A DNA stretch of 16,053 nucleotides from NCBI GenBank assembly GCA_040904565.1, contig JBBDTI010000089.1:1-16053 (forward strand), written 5' to 3'. The notes beneath the pieces are model-generated. The model was not told the DNA's origin. It ran no database searches and saw only the letters and a list, made by a program, of their open reading frames with translations. The DNA comes from Rhodothermales bacterium. Lineage in GTDB: Bacteria > Bacteroidota > Rhodothermia > Rhodothermales > VXPQ01. A program made the translations under genes and the position numbers. Shown here piece after piece: positions 7,984 through 16,053 of the stretch (position 1 is its first letter; the number at the start of each line of letters is the position of its first letter).

Positions 7984-9402
7984 TCAATCGACGATCCGGC
8001 CCCTTCTTGCTCGATCCCTGAGCACGCCCGTCCGGGTCAGGAGCGTAAGCACGGCGACGTTGTATGCGCGTACCTGTTCGTAGTACGAGGCCTCGAGTTC
8101 CAGACTGGCTCGAACGGCATCGACGAGGTTCTCGGTGTCACCCAGGTCCAGGTCGAAATTGATCTGTTCGGTCCGCAGCCACTCCCGACTGATGGTCAGC
8201 GCTTCTTCCTGCGCCTGCATGGCTGCCCTCGCCGTAATGACGTTGCGATACGCCTCCTCCACCTCGAACAGCACGAGTTCGCGCGCTGCCGTAAGCTGGT
8301 GTCTGACTTCGTTCCGCTCGGCCTCAGCCTGTTCGACGCGTGCCCGGGTCTGCGCGATATTGAGTGGGAGGCGAAGGCCGAGTCCGGCGCGAAGACTGCG
8401 TCCGCGGTAGGGGTCGCTCACGTACGGGTTCGGCTGGCGAAACCGCCCTTCCGTCAACGTGATTCTGGACTCAATGCCTAGAAACAGCTTTGGATAGTAG
8501 TCGGATCGCGCCACACGCACGAGCGCCTCTCGCGCGGCGAGTCCGGCCGTAGCGCGGTCCAGATCAGGCCGATGCGTCAGCGCGAGGTCGAAGTACGCAT
8601 CGAGAGAGTCGAGCACGAACGGGATCGGTTCCAGGACCAGTTCCTCGGCCACGACGACGGATGAACGGGGGAGCATGAGCTGCCGCCGCAATGCGGTGCG
8701 AACCGTCATGAGCCGCTGCTCGACCTCCACGACCCTGCGATTGAACTCCTGCTCTGTGATGCGAACTTGAAAGAGGTCCGCATCGTCTACGTCCTCGGCC
8801 CCTTCTTCCAGCAATCGCTCTATTTCGTTTCTGGCCTGGTCGACGACGTCACGAGCCTGGTCCGTCAGACGCGACAGCTGCCTGGCGAGGAGGAGCCCAT
8901 AATAGACGGTACCGGTGCGCAGCGCCACCTCGTTTTCTTTCTGGGCGACGGAGGCACGTTCGACGTCTACCCCGTGACGTGCGGCATCCAGACTGCCGCC
9001 GATCTCTCCCCACGTGAGCAGCGGCTGGATGAGGTTTGTCTCGATCCGATTGAACGGGCGAATGTTTTCCCAGTCGTTCCGCACGTCCGGGTAAAGATAC
9101 AGTTCGTCCGACGGGACGTCGTCGGGCAGATTGCGGAGGCCGGGAGCGACGGCATGCGCCGTCTGCACGGAGAAGTCCGTCGCAAAACGCGAGGCTCCGG
9201 CCAGACGGCGCCGGGCCTCAGCATACTCGACTGCCGACTGAACGGCATCGACCTCCGGGCTCACTTCGAGCGCGAGACGGATGGCGTCTGCGGCTCGCAG
9301 GCGAAGCGTGTCGGGCTGCTGGGCTCCGGATACGGTCGGGAAGCCGGCAGATAGGAATAGGGACAGGAAGAGAAATGCGAGCCGGGACGGATGACGTCGC
9401 AT
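7984..9402 (-). CDS. TolC-family outer membrane efflux protein
   Basis: Signal peptide MRRHPSRLAFLFLSLFL...GA/Q. Two outer-membrane efflux repeats (AIRLALEVSPEV...QPLLTWG and LALTHRPDL...SDYYPKLFLG...LRLPL). Start at 9402 is 4 nt after the HAD stop, with AAGGAG at 9420-9415. Confidence 0.92.
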   Translation of the reverse strand: MRRHPSRLAFLFLSLFLSAGFPTVSGAQQPDTLRLRAADAIRLALEVSPEVDAVQSAVEYAEARRRLAGASRFATDFSVQTAHAVAPGLRNLPDDVPSDELYLYPDVRNDWENIRPFNRIETNLIQPLLTWGEIGGSLDAARHGVDVERASVAQKENEVALRTGTVYYGLLLARQLSRLTDQARDVVDQARNEIERLLEEGAEDVDDADLFQVRITEQEFNRRVVEVEQRLMTVRTALRRQLMLPRSSVVVAEELVLEPIPFVLDSLDAYFDLALTHRPDLDRATAGLAAREALVRVARSDYYPKLFLGIESRITLTEGRFRQPNPYVSDPYRGRSLRAGLGLRLPLNIAQTRARVEQAEAERNEVRHQLTAARELVLFEVEEAYRNVITARAAMQAQEEALTISREWLRTEQINFDLDLGDTENLVDAVRASLELEASYYEQVRAYNVAVLTLLTRTGVLRDRARRGRIVD

Positions 9403-9406
9403 GACG

Positions 9407-10168
9407 CTACACTTCTCCTTCCATGGTATTGAGGGCGACGCGCTCTCCGAAATTCTCGACCAGGTCCGGCAGCGCATCGATATCGTCGAGGATGACGTGC
9501 GCACCCCGCTCCCGAAGCAGGCGTTCCAGCTCCGTCCTGTCTTCGATGTACGGTGGGATGTAGCCGATGGCCCACATGCCCGCCTCGCGGGCACAGGTCA
9601 TGTCATCGACCGTGTCGCCGACGTACGCGGACACTTCAGGTTGAATGTGCCGGCCGGCCGCGGCCAGGATCGTCAGTGCGTGCTGGAGGGGAAAGGGATC
9701 CGGCTTCATACGGCCGTCCTGCTTCTCCATGGCAATGATGAGAGGGAAGTACCTCTTCCAGCCGAATCGATCGATCGTCCATTTGGCCTCGGCCTGCGGA
9801 CGCCCGGTAACGATCCCCATGACGCGATCTGTCGTACAGAGTGCTTCGAGCGTCTTCGTCTGCACGAGGGGCGGCTCTTCAGCGATGAATCCATCCCAGT
9901 TCTCACCGCGGTAGCGCTTCTGGAACTCTTCCACGACGCGACTGAACGGCACGGTCATGCTCGTATCGGTGACGATGGCATGCGTTAGCTTCCAATCATC
10001 GTTAAAGCCACCGACGTTCTTGTACCGCTGAATGGTTCCGGGAAGGATGCGCCTGCCCGTGAACTGTTCAACCGTCTCCTCGATGGCTCGGCGATAGGAT
10101 CGGGAGACATCCACGAGGACGCCGTCCATGTCGAAGAACAGCGCCTTCAGTTCGACCTTCTCTAGCAT
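9407..10168 (-). CDS. HAD-superfamily subfamily IA hydrolase (TIGR01548-like)
   Basis: Motif I FDMDGVLVD, GGFNDDW, motif II VTGRP, motif III KPDP and motif IV VGDTVDD. Confidence 0.88.
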   Translation of the reverse strand: MLEKVELKALFFDMDGVLVDVSRSYRRAIEETVEQFTGRRILPGTIQRYKNVGGFNDDWKLTHAIVTDTSMTVPFSRVVEEFQKRYRGENWDGFIAEEPPLVQTKTLEALCTTDRVMGIVTGRPQAEAKWTIDRFGWKRYFPLIIAMEKQDGRMKPDPFPLQHALTILAAAGRHIQPEVSAYVGDTVDDMTCAREAGMWAIGYIPPYIEDRTELERLLRERGAHVILDDIDALPDLVENFGERVALNTMEGEV

Positions 10169-10329
10169 TGTTTACTACGGGTTTGATGGGACGCTACCAG
10201 TTTTTGCACACGTCCGACGACGTGCAGTTCCTACGGCTGGGGTCCGGATAAGCGTGTCGACGGACCGGTTGGGATCGGCATGGTGTGCTATTGGTCACTC
10301 CGTAGCATGCGTAGCCGAACGACGCAAGA

Positions 10330-12333
10330 CTACGAATTCATGGTGACGAGAAACTCGTCGTTATCCTTGGTGCCGCGCATCTTGTCGAGCAGGAAATTCA
10401 TGGCTTCGAGCGGATTCATATCCGCCAGCAGCTTGCGGAGGATCCACACCCGGCCGAGCTTGGCTTCGGGAACCAGCAATTCTTCCCGACGCGTGCCGGA
10501 CGTAATGACGTTTATTGCAGGGTAGATCCGTCGATCCGCCAGGTTGCGGTCGAGCACGATTTCCGCGTTACCGGTACCCTTAAATTCTTCGAAGATCACT
10601 TCATCCATTCGGCTTCCCGTATCGATCAGGGCGGTGCCGATGATGGTCAACGATCCCCCTTCCTCGACGTTGCGCGCCGATCCGAAAAACCGTTTCGGAC
10701 CACGAAGCGCACCGGCCTCCATACCGCCGGATAGCGTTTTCCCCTGCGTTGGTGTAACGGAGTTGTGGGCGCGGGCGAGCCGGGTAATGGAGTCGAGCAG
10801 GATGACGACATCCTGCCGGGCCTCGACGAGCCGTTTTGCTTTTTCGAGAACGATATCGGCGACCTCCACGTGGCGGTCCGGTTCCTGGTCGAACGTCGAC
10901 GAAATGACCTCGCCGCGCACGCTGCGCTCCATATCCGTCACCTCCTCAGGACGTTCGTCAACGAGGAGCACGATAAGGTAGACTTCGGGATGGTTTGTCG
11001 TTATGGCGTTGGCAATCTTCTGCAGTAACACCGTCTTCCCCGTTTTCGGCTGAGCGACGATCAGAGCGCGCTGGCCCTTGCCGATGGGTGTGAACAGGTC
11101 GAGCACGCGCGTGCTGAATTCGTTCGCCTCCGTCTCCATGCGGATATGTTCGTTCGGATAGAGCGGCGTAAGGTATTCGAACGACTGCCGGTCCTCGATC
11201 TCGGAAGGCTTTCGGCCGTTAACTTCCGTTACCTGTATGAGGGCGAAAAATCGCTCCCCTTCCTTGGGCGGCCTTACTTCGCCGTTCACCGTGTCGCCCA
11301 ATTGAAGGCTGAACCGCTTGATTTGCGAAGGAGAGACGTAAATATCGTCCGGGCTCGGCTGATAATTGTACTCCGCCGAGCGCAGGAAGCCATACCCGTC
11401 AGGCAGCACTTCGAGCACACCCACCTTGTGGATCATGCCCTCCAGCTCGGTTTTCTTCGGGTCGTGCTCCGCCATATAATCCGGCCGACCCTCGTATACC
11501 TTCTTCCTGCGGTCGTCACGACCTCCCCCACCGCCCTTGCGCTGGTCGCCGCTGCGGCGGTTCTTCCGATTGTCCTGCTTGTTCTGACGCCGCTTGGTAT
11601 TGCTGCTGCGCCGACCGTCGCCGCGGCCCCCGCGGTCACGTTTGTTCTTATCGTCGGAGGAAGAGGACGGAGCGGAACCGCGGTCCTGCGACGACGAAGA
11701 ACCGTTCTGTCGATCCTCGCCACGGTCGGTCGCTCCCTTCTTCCGAGCAGCATCCGATGCGTCCTGTTTGGACGACTCGGTGTGGCCCGTTGCAGATGAC
11801 GACGAACGGCCATCGTCAGACTTCTGCCTCTGCTGTGATTGCTTCCCTCTTCCACCGGACGATCGATCCGACGACCGCCTGTTGCTGTCGCGTTGGCGAT
11901 CATGTTCGCCACGCGACGGCTGTTTCTCCTCGTTCTCATCGGGACGACTGCGGTCTTCGGTACCCGAGGAGGCACGGTCGTCTTTGTTGCGGGAGCGCTG
12001 CTCGTCCTGCCTGCGCCTGTCATCGCCCGACCTATTCTGAGTTCCCCGGTCCGAAGCTTCAGCTTCATCCTGACCGGTGCCGCGATCCGCTTGGGCTTCC
12101 TTGTTCTGACTGCCGGAGCCGCCACGGTCGCTGCGTCCACCGGACCGGCCTGGATCGTCACGTTCGCGCTGCGATCGTGATGATCCGTTGCCGGCCGCCT
12201 CCTCCGCGTTCGCCTCGAGGATCCGATAGATCAAATCCTCCTTCCGGCTCTGCGAATAGCCGCTCAGTCCCAATCCCCGCGCAATCTCCTTCAGCTCGGG
12301 AAGTTTCTTTTCTTGTAATTCGCTGATCTTCAT
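10330..12333 (-). CDS. rho: Transcription termination factor Rho with long N-terminal insertion
   Basis: N-terminal helical bundle, RNA-binding motifs DGYGFLR and DIYVSPSQI, Walker [29 protein letters not shown] and SGTRREELL. Confidence 0.98.
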   Translation of the reverse strand: MKISELQEKKLPELKEIARGLGLSGYSQSRKEDLIYRILEANAEEAAGNGSSRSQRERDDPGRSGGRSDRGGSGSQNKEAQADRGTGQDEAEASDRGTQNRSGDDRRRQDEQRSRNKDDRASSGTEDRSRPDENEEKQPSRGEHDRQRDSNRRSSDRSSGGRGKQSQQRQKSDDGRSSSSATGHTESSKQDASDAARKKGATDRGEDRQNGSSSSQDRGSAPSSSSDDKNKRDRGGRGDGRRSSNTKRRQNKQDNRKNRRSGDQRKGGGGGRDDRRKKVYEGRPDYMAEHDPKKTELEGMIHKVGVLEVLPDGYGFLRSAEYNYQPSPDDIYVSPSQIKRFSLQLGDTVNGEVRPPKEGERFFALIQVTEVNGRKPSEIEDRQSFEYLTPLYPNEHIRMETEANEFSTRVLDLFTPIGKGQRALIVAQPKTGKTVLLQKIANAITTNHPEVYLIVLLVDERPEEVTDMERSVRGEVISSTFDQEPDRHVEVADIVLEKAKRLVEARQDVVILLDSITRLARAHNSVTPTQGKTLSGGMEAGALRGPKRFFGSARNVEEGGSLTIIGTALIDTGSRMDEVIFEEFKGTGNAEIVLDRNLADRRIYPAINVITSGTRREELLVPEAKLGRVWILRKLLADMNPLEAMNFLLDKMRGTKDNDEFLVTMNS

Positions 12334-12600
12334 AACAACGTAGTGGAATTAAAAGCGGAGCGGAGATGCTCCAGGGAATGCAGGAATCTACTGTTAGCGA
12401 TTTCACGGCGAGATCGGACAGGCACTCGCGCTGAAGAGTTCGGCCGGAAAAGGTCTAACAGGGATGGATCGCTAGCTCGGTATGCACGTGAAGGGGACAG
12501 CAATCCAGTGGCAGTCCCGACAAGGAATTAGTGGACCGCACTCGAACTACCTGGAGGATTCCATGCATATGCACGAATTGCTCGAACGGTAAGATAGGCC
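12334..12600 (-). promoter_or_regulatory. Putative long rho leader/promoter region
   Basis: Part of a 415-nt non-coding gap. The transcribed strand is C>G skewed and holds an imperfect long hairpin at 12391-12461. A candidate -10 TATCTT lies at 12596-12591, with no good -35. Confidence 0.4.
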
Positions 12601-12748
12601 CTGGAGGTCTAAATTCCAGTCCAAGCCCCTTTCACAGGTTGGAATATTCTGTTAATCAGCCCGAATCAGTACAACTCGGAATCACAGCTGGCTCGCACAG
12701 TTCGGGCCGCTGGGTAGCGGAATGTGGGCCGACGAGAACGCCGTCCCA

Positions 12749-14053
12749 TCAGATGGCGCTGCTTCCCAGTTCTGATACTACTAGGTGCGAACCCGTTACC
12801 AGGAGTGTGTCGGAATGGGTGGCGTCGGACAGAAAGGCGTCGAGGCCTCTCGATACCGAGCAGGGTTCGCCAACGTTAACTCCAACAACCTCGAGCAAGG
12901 CAGCAAGTTCCGCCGGCGAAAGGGCACGTTCGGACGGTACGAAAACGGGCCGCACCCTGGCGTCCACGTCACGGAGGAGTCGTCCCATCGCCTCTGCGTC
13001 CTTATCTTTCATGACGCCGAGCAGGACCGAGAGGCGTCCTTGCAGTCGATGGCACTGCTTCAGGTGATCCAGCGCGACGGCCAGACCGTCGGCATTGTGT
13101 GCCACGTCGGCCACCACGAGGGGGGCCTCGCGCATCACCTCGATGCGTCCCCATAGCCCACTTCGACGACGTACGTGCATGAGTCCCTCGAGGATCGGAG
13201 CAGGAGCGTCGGCCACCTCGCCGAGTACAACCTCGGCCGTTCGAACGGCTGTAGCCGCGTTTCGAATCTGATGCCGCCCAGGCAGTCCGACGAAGACATC
13301 GGCATACGAACGCAACGGGGTGGTCATATCGATCGTGGACCCGCGGATCGCTACGATGCGCTCGCGCACGTCGATCTCGTCGTCCACGAGGAAGAGCGTC
13401 GTCCCGACCTGTTCGGAGCGACGTCGTATTACGTTCGCTGCACGACCGACGGCGGACGTCACGACGGGGGTGTCCGATTTGATGATGCCGGCTTTCTCCC
13501 TTGCGATCCCCTCGATCGTGCTGCCGAGGAACTCAGTGTGATCCAGGCCGATATGGGTGATGACGGACGCAACCGGCGCGAGCACGTTGGTGGCATCAAG
13601 CCGACCGCCCATGCCGACTTCGACGACGGCCATATCCACACGGCGTTCGGCGAAATACAGGAGGCTGAGCGCGAGGGTAAATTCGAAGTAGCTCGGCTCG
13701 ATCGTCTCCGCGGCCGCATGGACGCGACAGATCGCGGACGCGAGCCAGTCTCCAGGTGCGGGAACGCCGTCGACGCGCATCCGCTCGGATACGTGAAACA
13801 GGTGGGGAGACGTGTGGAGCCCTACGCGTCGGCCGGCCGCGCTCGCGATGGAAGCGATGAACGAAGCCGTCGAGCCCTTTCCGTTCGTGCCGCCGACGTG
13901 GATCACCTCGTAATGCTGCTGCGGATCCTCCAGCGCGGCGAGCAGGTGATGCATGCGCTCGAGACCGGGCTTGTACGCCCCCCGCCCCTTGTCGGCAAAT
14001 CGCGGCAGGCGCTCCAGCATGGCCTCCGCTTCTCGTATCGGTGCATCCTTCAT
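12749..14053 (-). CDS. folC: Dihydrofolate synthase/folylpolyglutamate synthase
   Basis: Motifs HVGGTNGKGST, TSPHL, EVGMGGRLDATN, IAREKAGIIK and DVAHNADG. Its ATG directly abuts the tsaE stop. Confidence 0.96.
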   Translation of the reverse strand: MKDAPIREAEAMLERLPRFADKGRGAYKPGLERMHHLLAALEDPQQHYEVIHVGGTNGKGSTASFIASIASAAGRRVGLHTSPHLFHVSERMRVDGVPAPGDWLASAICRVHAAAETIEPSYFEFTLALSLLYFAERRVDMAVVEVGMGGRLDATNVLAPVASVITHIGLDHTEFLGSTIEGIAREKAGIIKSDTPVVTSAVGRAANVIRRRSEQVGTTLFLVDDEIDVRERIVAIRGSTIDMTTPLRSYADVFVGLPGRHQIRNAATAVRTAEVVLGEVADAPAPILEGLMHVRRRSGLWGRIEVMREAPLVVADVAHNADGLAVALDHLKQCHRLQGRLSVLLGVMKDKDAEAMGRLLRDVDARVRPVFVPSERALSPAELAALLEVVGVNVGEPCSVSRGLDAFLSDATHSDTLLVTGSHLVVSELGSSAI

Positions 14054-14494
14054 CTAGGCCTGGACGAGATCCACGTGTCGTAGATTCTGCGTTTCATGGC
14101 GCAATCGGATCCTGATGGCGTCGGTCGGCAGGAGAGGCTCTATGCGTTCCGCCCACTCGATTACGCAGAGCCCGTCGCCGTAGAAGTATTCCTCGTATCC
14201 AAGGTCGAAGAATTCTTCGAGCCGCTCGAGACGATAGGCGTCAAAGTGATAGACCGGCAGGGAACCGGACGCGTACTCGATAAGGAGGGTAAACGTTGGG
14301 CTTGTCACGGCGTCGGGGTCGAGGCCGAGGCCGGCGCAGATGCCCTTCGTCAGGGCTGTCTTGCCGACTCCCAGGTCGCCATAGAGTCCGACGACGTCCC
14401 CCGCACGGAAGCTTTCGGCCATCGCCCGGCCTAGCGATCGCGTCTCCGATTCGCTCGTCGTTCGTGCGGGAAACAGGTCATCGAGGCGCGGCAT
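14054..14494 (-). CDS. tsaE: tRNA threonylcarbamoyladenosine biosynthesis ATPase TsaE
   Basis: Motifs GDLGVGKT, SPTF, HFDAYRL and IEW. Starts 3 nt after the porX stop. Confidence 0.96.
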   Translation of the reverse strand: MPRLDDLFPARTTSESETRSLGRAMAESFRAGDVVGLYGDLGVGKTALTKGICAGLGLDPDAVTSPTFTLLIEYASGSLPVYHFDAYRLERLEEFFDLGYEEYFYGDGLCVIEWAERIEPLLPTDAIRIRLRHETQNLRHVDLVQA

Positions 14495-14497
14495 ACA

Positions 14498-16051
14498 TCA
14501 TCCTCTCGGACGCAGGGTGACGATGGGCAATATCATTTCTTCGAGGGATGCCCCCCCGTGCTGCATGGTGTCCCGATACAGGTTCTGATAGTGGTGAAAA
14601 TTCGTCGGGTAGACGAAATAATAATCCTCCTTCGCGATGATGTAGTTGGTATTGGCGCCGCTTTTTGGGAGGCCGAACGTCTCGGGGTCCCTGACGAATA
14701 TCGCATGCCTGTCATCGCACTTTAGACTGCGACCGTACTTGTACCGGAGCGCCGTCGACGTCTCGCGGTCGCCGATCACCTTCGTGGCGTGCAGACTGCG
14801 GATCGCGCCGTGATCGGTCGTCACGATAATCGTGGCGTCCATCTCGGAGAACTCCTTGAAGGCCTGGTATAGCCACGAGTGTTCGAACCAGGTGCGGGTG
14901 AGCGCTCGGAATGCACGCTCGTCCGGCGCGATCTCCTTAAGCACGTCTGAGTCGGAACGGCTGTGCGTGAGGATGTCGACGAAATTGATGACGATGGCGC
15001 TCAGGTCGTACTGCGTGAAATCCGACGCCTGCCGTGCGAAGTCCCGGCCATCCTGCGTCCCGACCAGCTTCTCGTAGCGCAAGCTGGGGCTGACGTGGTG
15101 GCGACCCAGGAGATCTTCCAAAAACTCCTTCTCGTTGCGATTGCGGCTATATTCGTCATCTTCGCCCGACGCCCAGATGCGGGGGTACCTCTCGGCGATA
15201 TCCCGGGGCAGCAGTCCGCTGAAGATACTGTTACGAGAATAGGGCGTCGCCGTGGGCAGGATGGAGTAATAGAACTGTTTTTCCATCTCGAAAGACCCGT
15301 AGAGCAGGTTTTCGAGCTGCAGCCACTGATCCAGGCGCATGCAGTCGATGATGATCATGATGACCGGTTTGCCCTTCTTCATCTCCGGCAGGACGTATCG
15401 GGGGATGAGCTCGTGGGAGAGGGGCGGTCGCTCTTCGTCGGGATTGTCGTCGACGCGACCGATCCAACCGCTGTAATGCGATTCGATGAAGCGGCCGAAG
15501 GCACGATTGGCTTCACGAAACTGGTCGTCGAGGATCTGGCGCGCATTTTCGTCGCCCTCGAGCTCGAGGTCGTATCGGACCAGCTTTTGATAGACCTCCG
15601 TCCACTCTGCGTGCGAGAGCGGATTCATGATAGAGCGGGTGATCTCATTGAACGATTGCAGGTAATTCTGCGAGACGCGTTCCGTGCGCAGCCTGGATCG
15701 TTCGAGGAGTCGCTTGATGGTGAGGAGGATCTGGCTCGGATTGACGGGCTTCGTAAGGTAGTCGCCGATCTGTCCGCCCAGGGCCTCTTCCATGAGGTGC
15801 TCCTCCTCACTTTTCGTGACCATCACGACCGGCAGCTCCGGCACCAGCTGTTTGATCTCTTCCAGCGTCTCGAGGCCGCCCATGCCGGGCATCTGCTCGT
15901 CGAGGAGGACGATGTCGAATCGCGACTCACGGACCTTGTCTACCGCGTCGGCTCCGTTCGATACGCTCGTAACGTCATATCCTTTGGTTTCCAGAAAGAG
16001 GATGTGCGGGCGAAGGAGGTCGACCTCGTCGTCCACCCACAGGACTCTGGG
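14498..16051 (-). CDS. porX: PorX-type response regulator with PglZ/alkaline-phosphatase-superfamily domain (5' end just outside the window)
   Basis: Receiver motifs PRVLWVDDE, LLDEQMPG, VTKS and LTKP. PglZ motifs IIDCMR, SILPTATPYSRN, VDILTHSR, TTDHG and QHGG. Linked to tsaE. Frame is open to the window edge. Confidence 0.92.
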   Translation of the reverse strand, partial: PRVLWVDDEVDLLRPHILFLETKGYDVTSVSNGADAVDKVRESRFDIVLLDEQMPGMGGLETLEEIKQLVPELPVVMVTKSEEEHLMEEALGGQIGDYLTKPVNPSQILLTIKRLLERSRLRTERVSQNYLQSFNEITRSIMNPLSHAEWTEVYQKLVRYDLELEGDENARQILDDQFREANRAFGRFIESHYSGWIGRVDDNPDEERPPLSHELIPRYVLPEMKKGKPVIMIIIDCMRLDQWLQLENLLYGSFEMEKQFYYSILPTATPYSRNSIFSGLLPRDIAERYPRIWASGEDDEYSRNRNEKEFLEDLLGRHHVSPSLRYEKLVGTQDGRDFARQASDFTQYDLSAIVINFVDILTHSRSDSDVLKEIAPDERAFRALTRTWFEHSWLYQAFKEFSEMDATIIVTTDHGAIRSLHATKVIGDRETSTALRYKYGRSLKCDDRHAIFVRDPETFGLPKSGANTNYIIAKEDYYFVYPTNFHHYQNLYRDTMQHGGASLEEMILPIVTLRPRG

Positions 16052-16053
16052 TT

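Noticed and set aside
9403-9594. 64-aa N-terminal extension of TolC in the ORF track
   Set aside because: It overlaps the HAD gene and would bury the signal peptide. ATG 9402 has an SD and follows the HAD stop.
11146-12326. Multiple overlapping ORFs across the Rho insertion
   Set aside because: Low-complexity GC-rich coding DNA depletes stop codons in other frames. There is no independent evidence of coding.
12343-13067. + strand ORFs 12343-12531 and 12531-13067 in the rho-folC gap
   Set aside because: Non-ATG starts and no recognisable motifs. The longer ORF runs antisense into folC.
13175-14083. 302-aa antisense ORF over folC
   Set aside because: Shadow ORF of a conserved gene.
14498-15400. 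PglZ domain as evidence of a BREX defence system
   Set aside because: It is fused to a receiver domain (PorX architecture) and flanked by tsaE and folC. No brxC, pglX or brxL is in the window.

Overview
GC-rich bacterial core-genome region, probably Rhodothermota or a Bacteroidota relative (inferred from PorX-tsaE, the murC-ftsQ-ftsA-ftsZ order and an insertion-bearing Rho). The + strand carries the end of the dcw cluster (partial murC, ftsQ, ftsA, ftsZ), a structured 3' region, and a membrane protein whose exported domain resembles a GH2 TIM barrel without the catalytic glutamates. The - strand, read right to left, carries porX (5'-truncated)-tsaE-folC, a 415-nt rho leader, rho with a ~240-aa polar insertion, a HAD hydrolase, a TolC-family channel, an MlaC-like protein and a DxD glycosyltransferase-like protein. 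I saw no mobile element, CRISPR array, rRNA or tRNA. The best leads are the membrane-bound GH2-like pseudo-enzyme after ftsZ, the TolC/MlaC/GT cluster lacking an inner-membrane transporter, the hydrophobe-free Rho insertion, and a speculative in-frame FtsZ extension containing QLDLF. All family assignments come from motif reading, not database searches.
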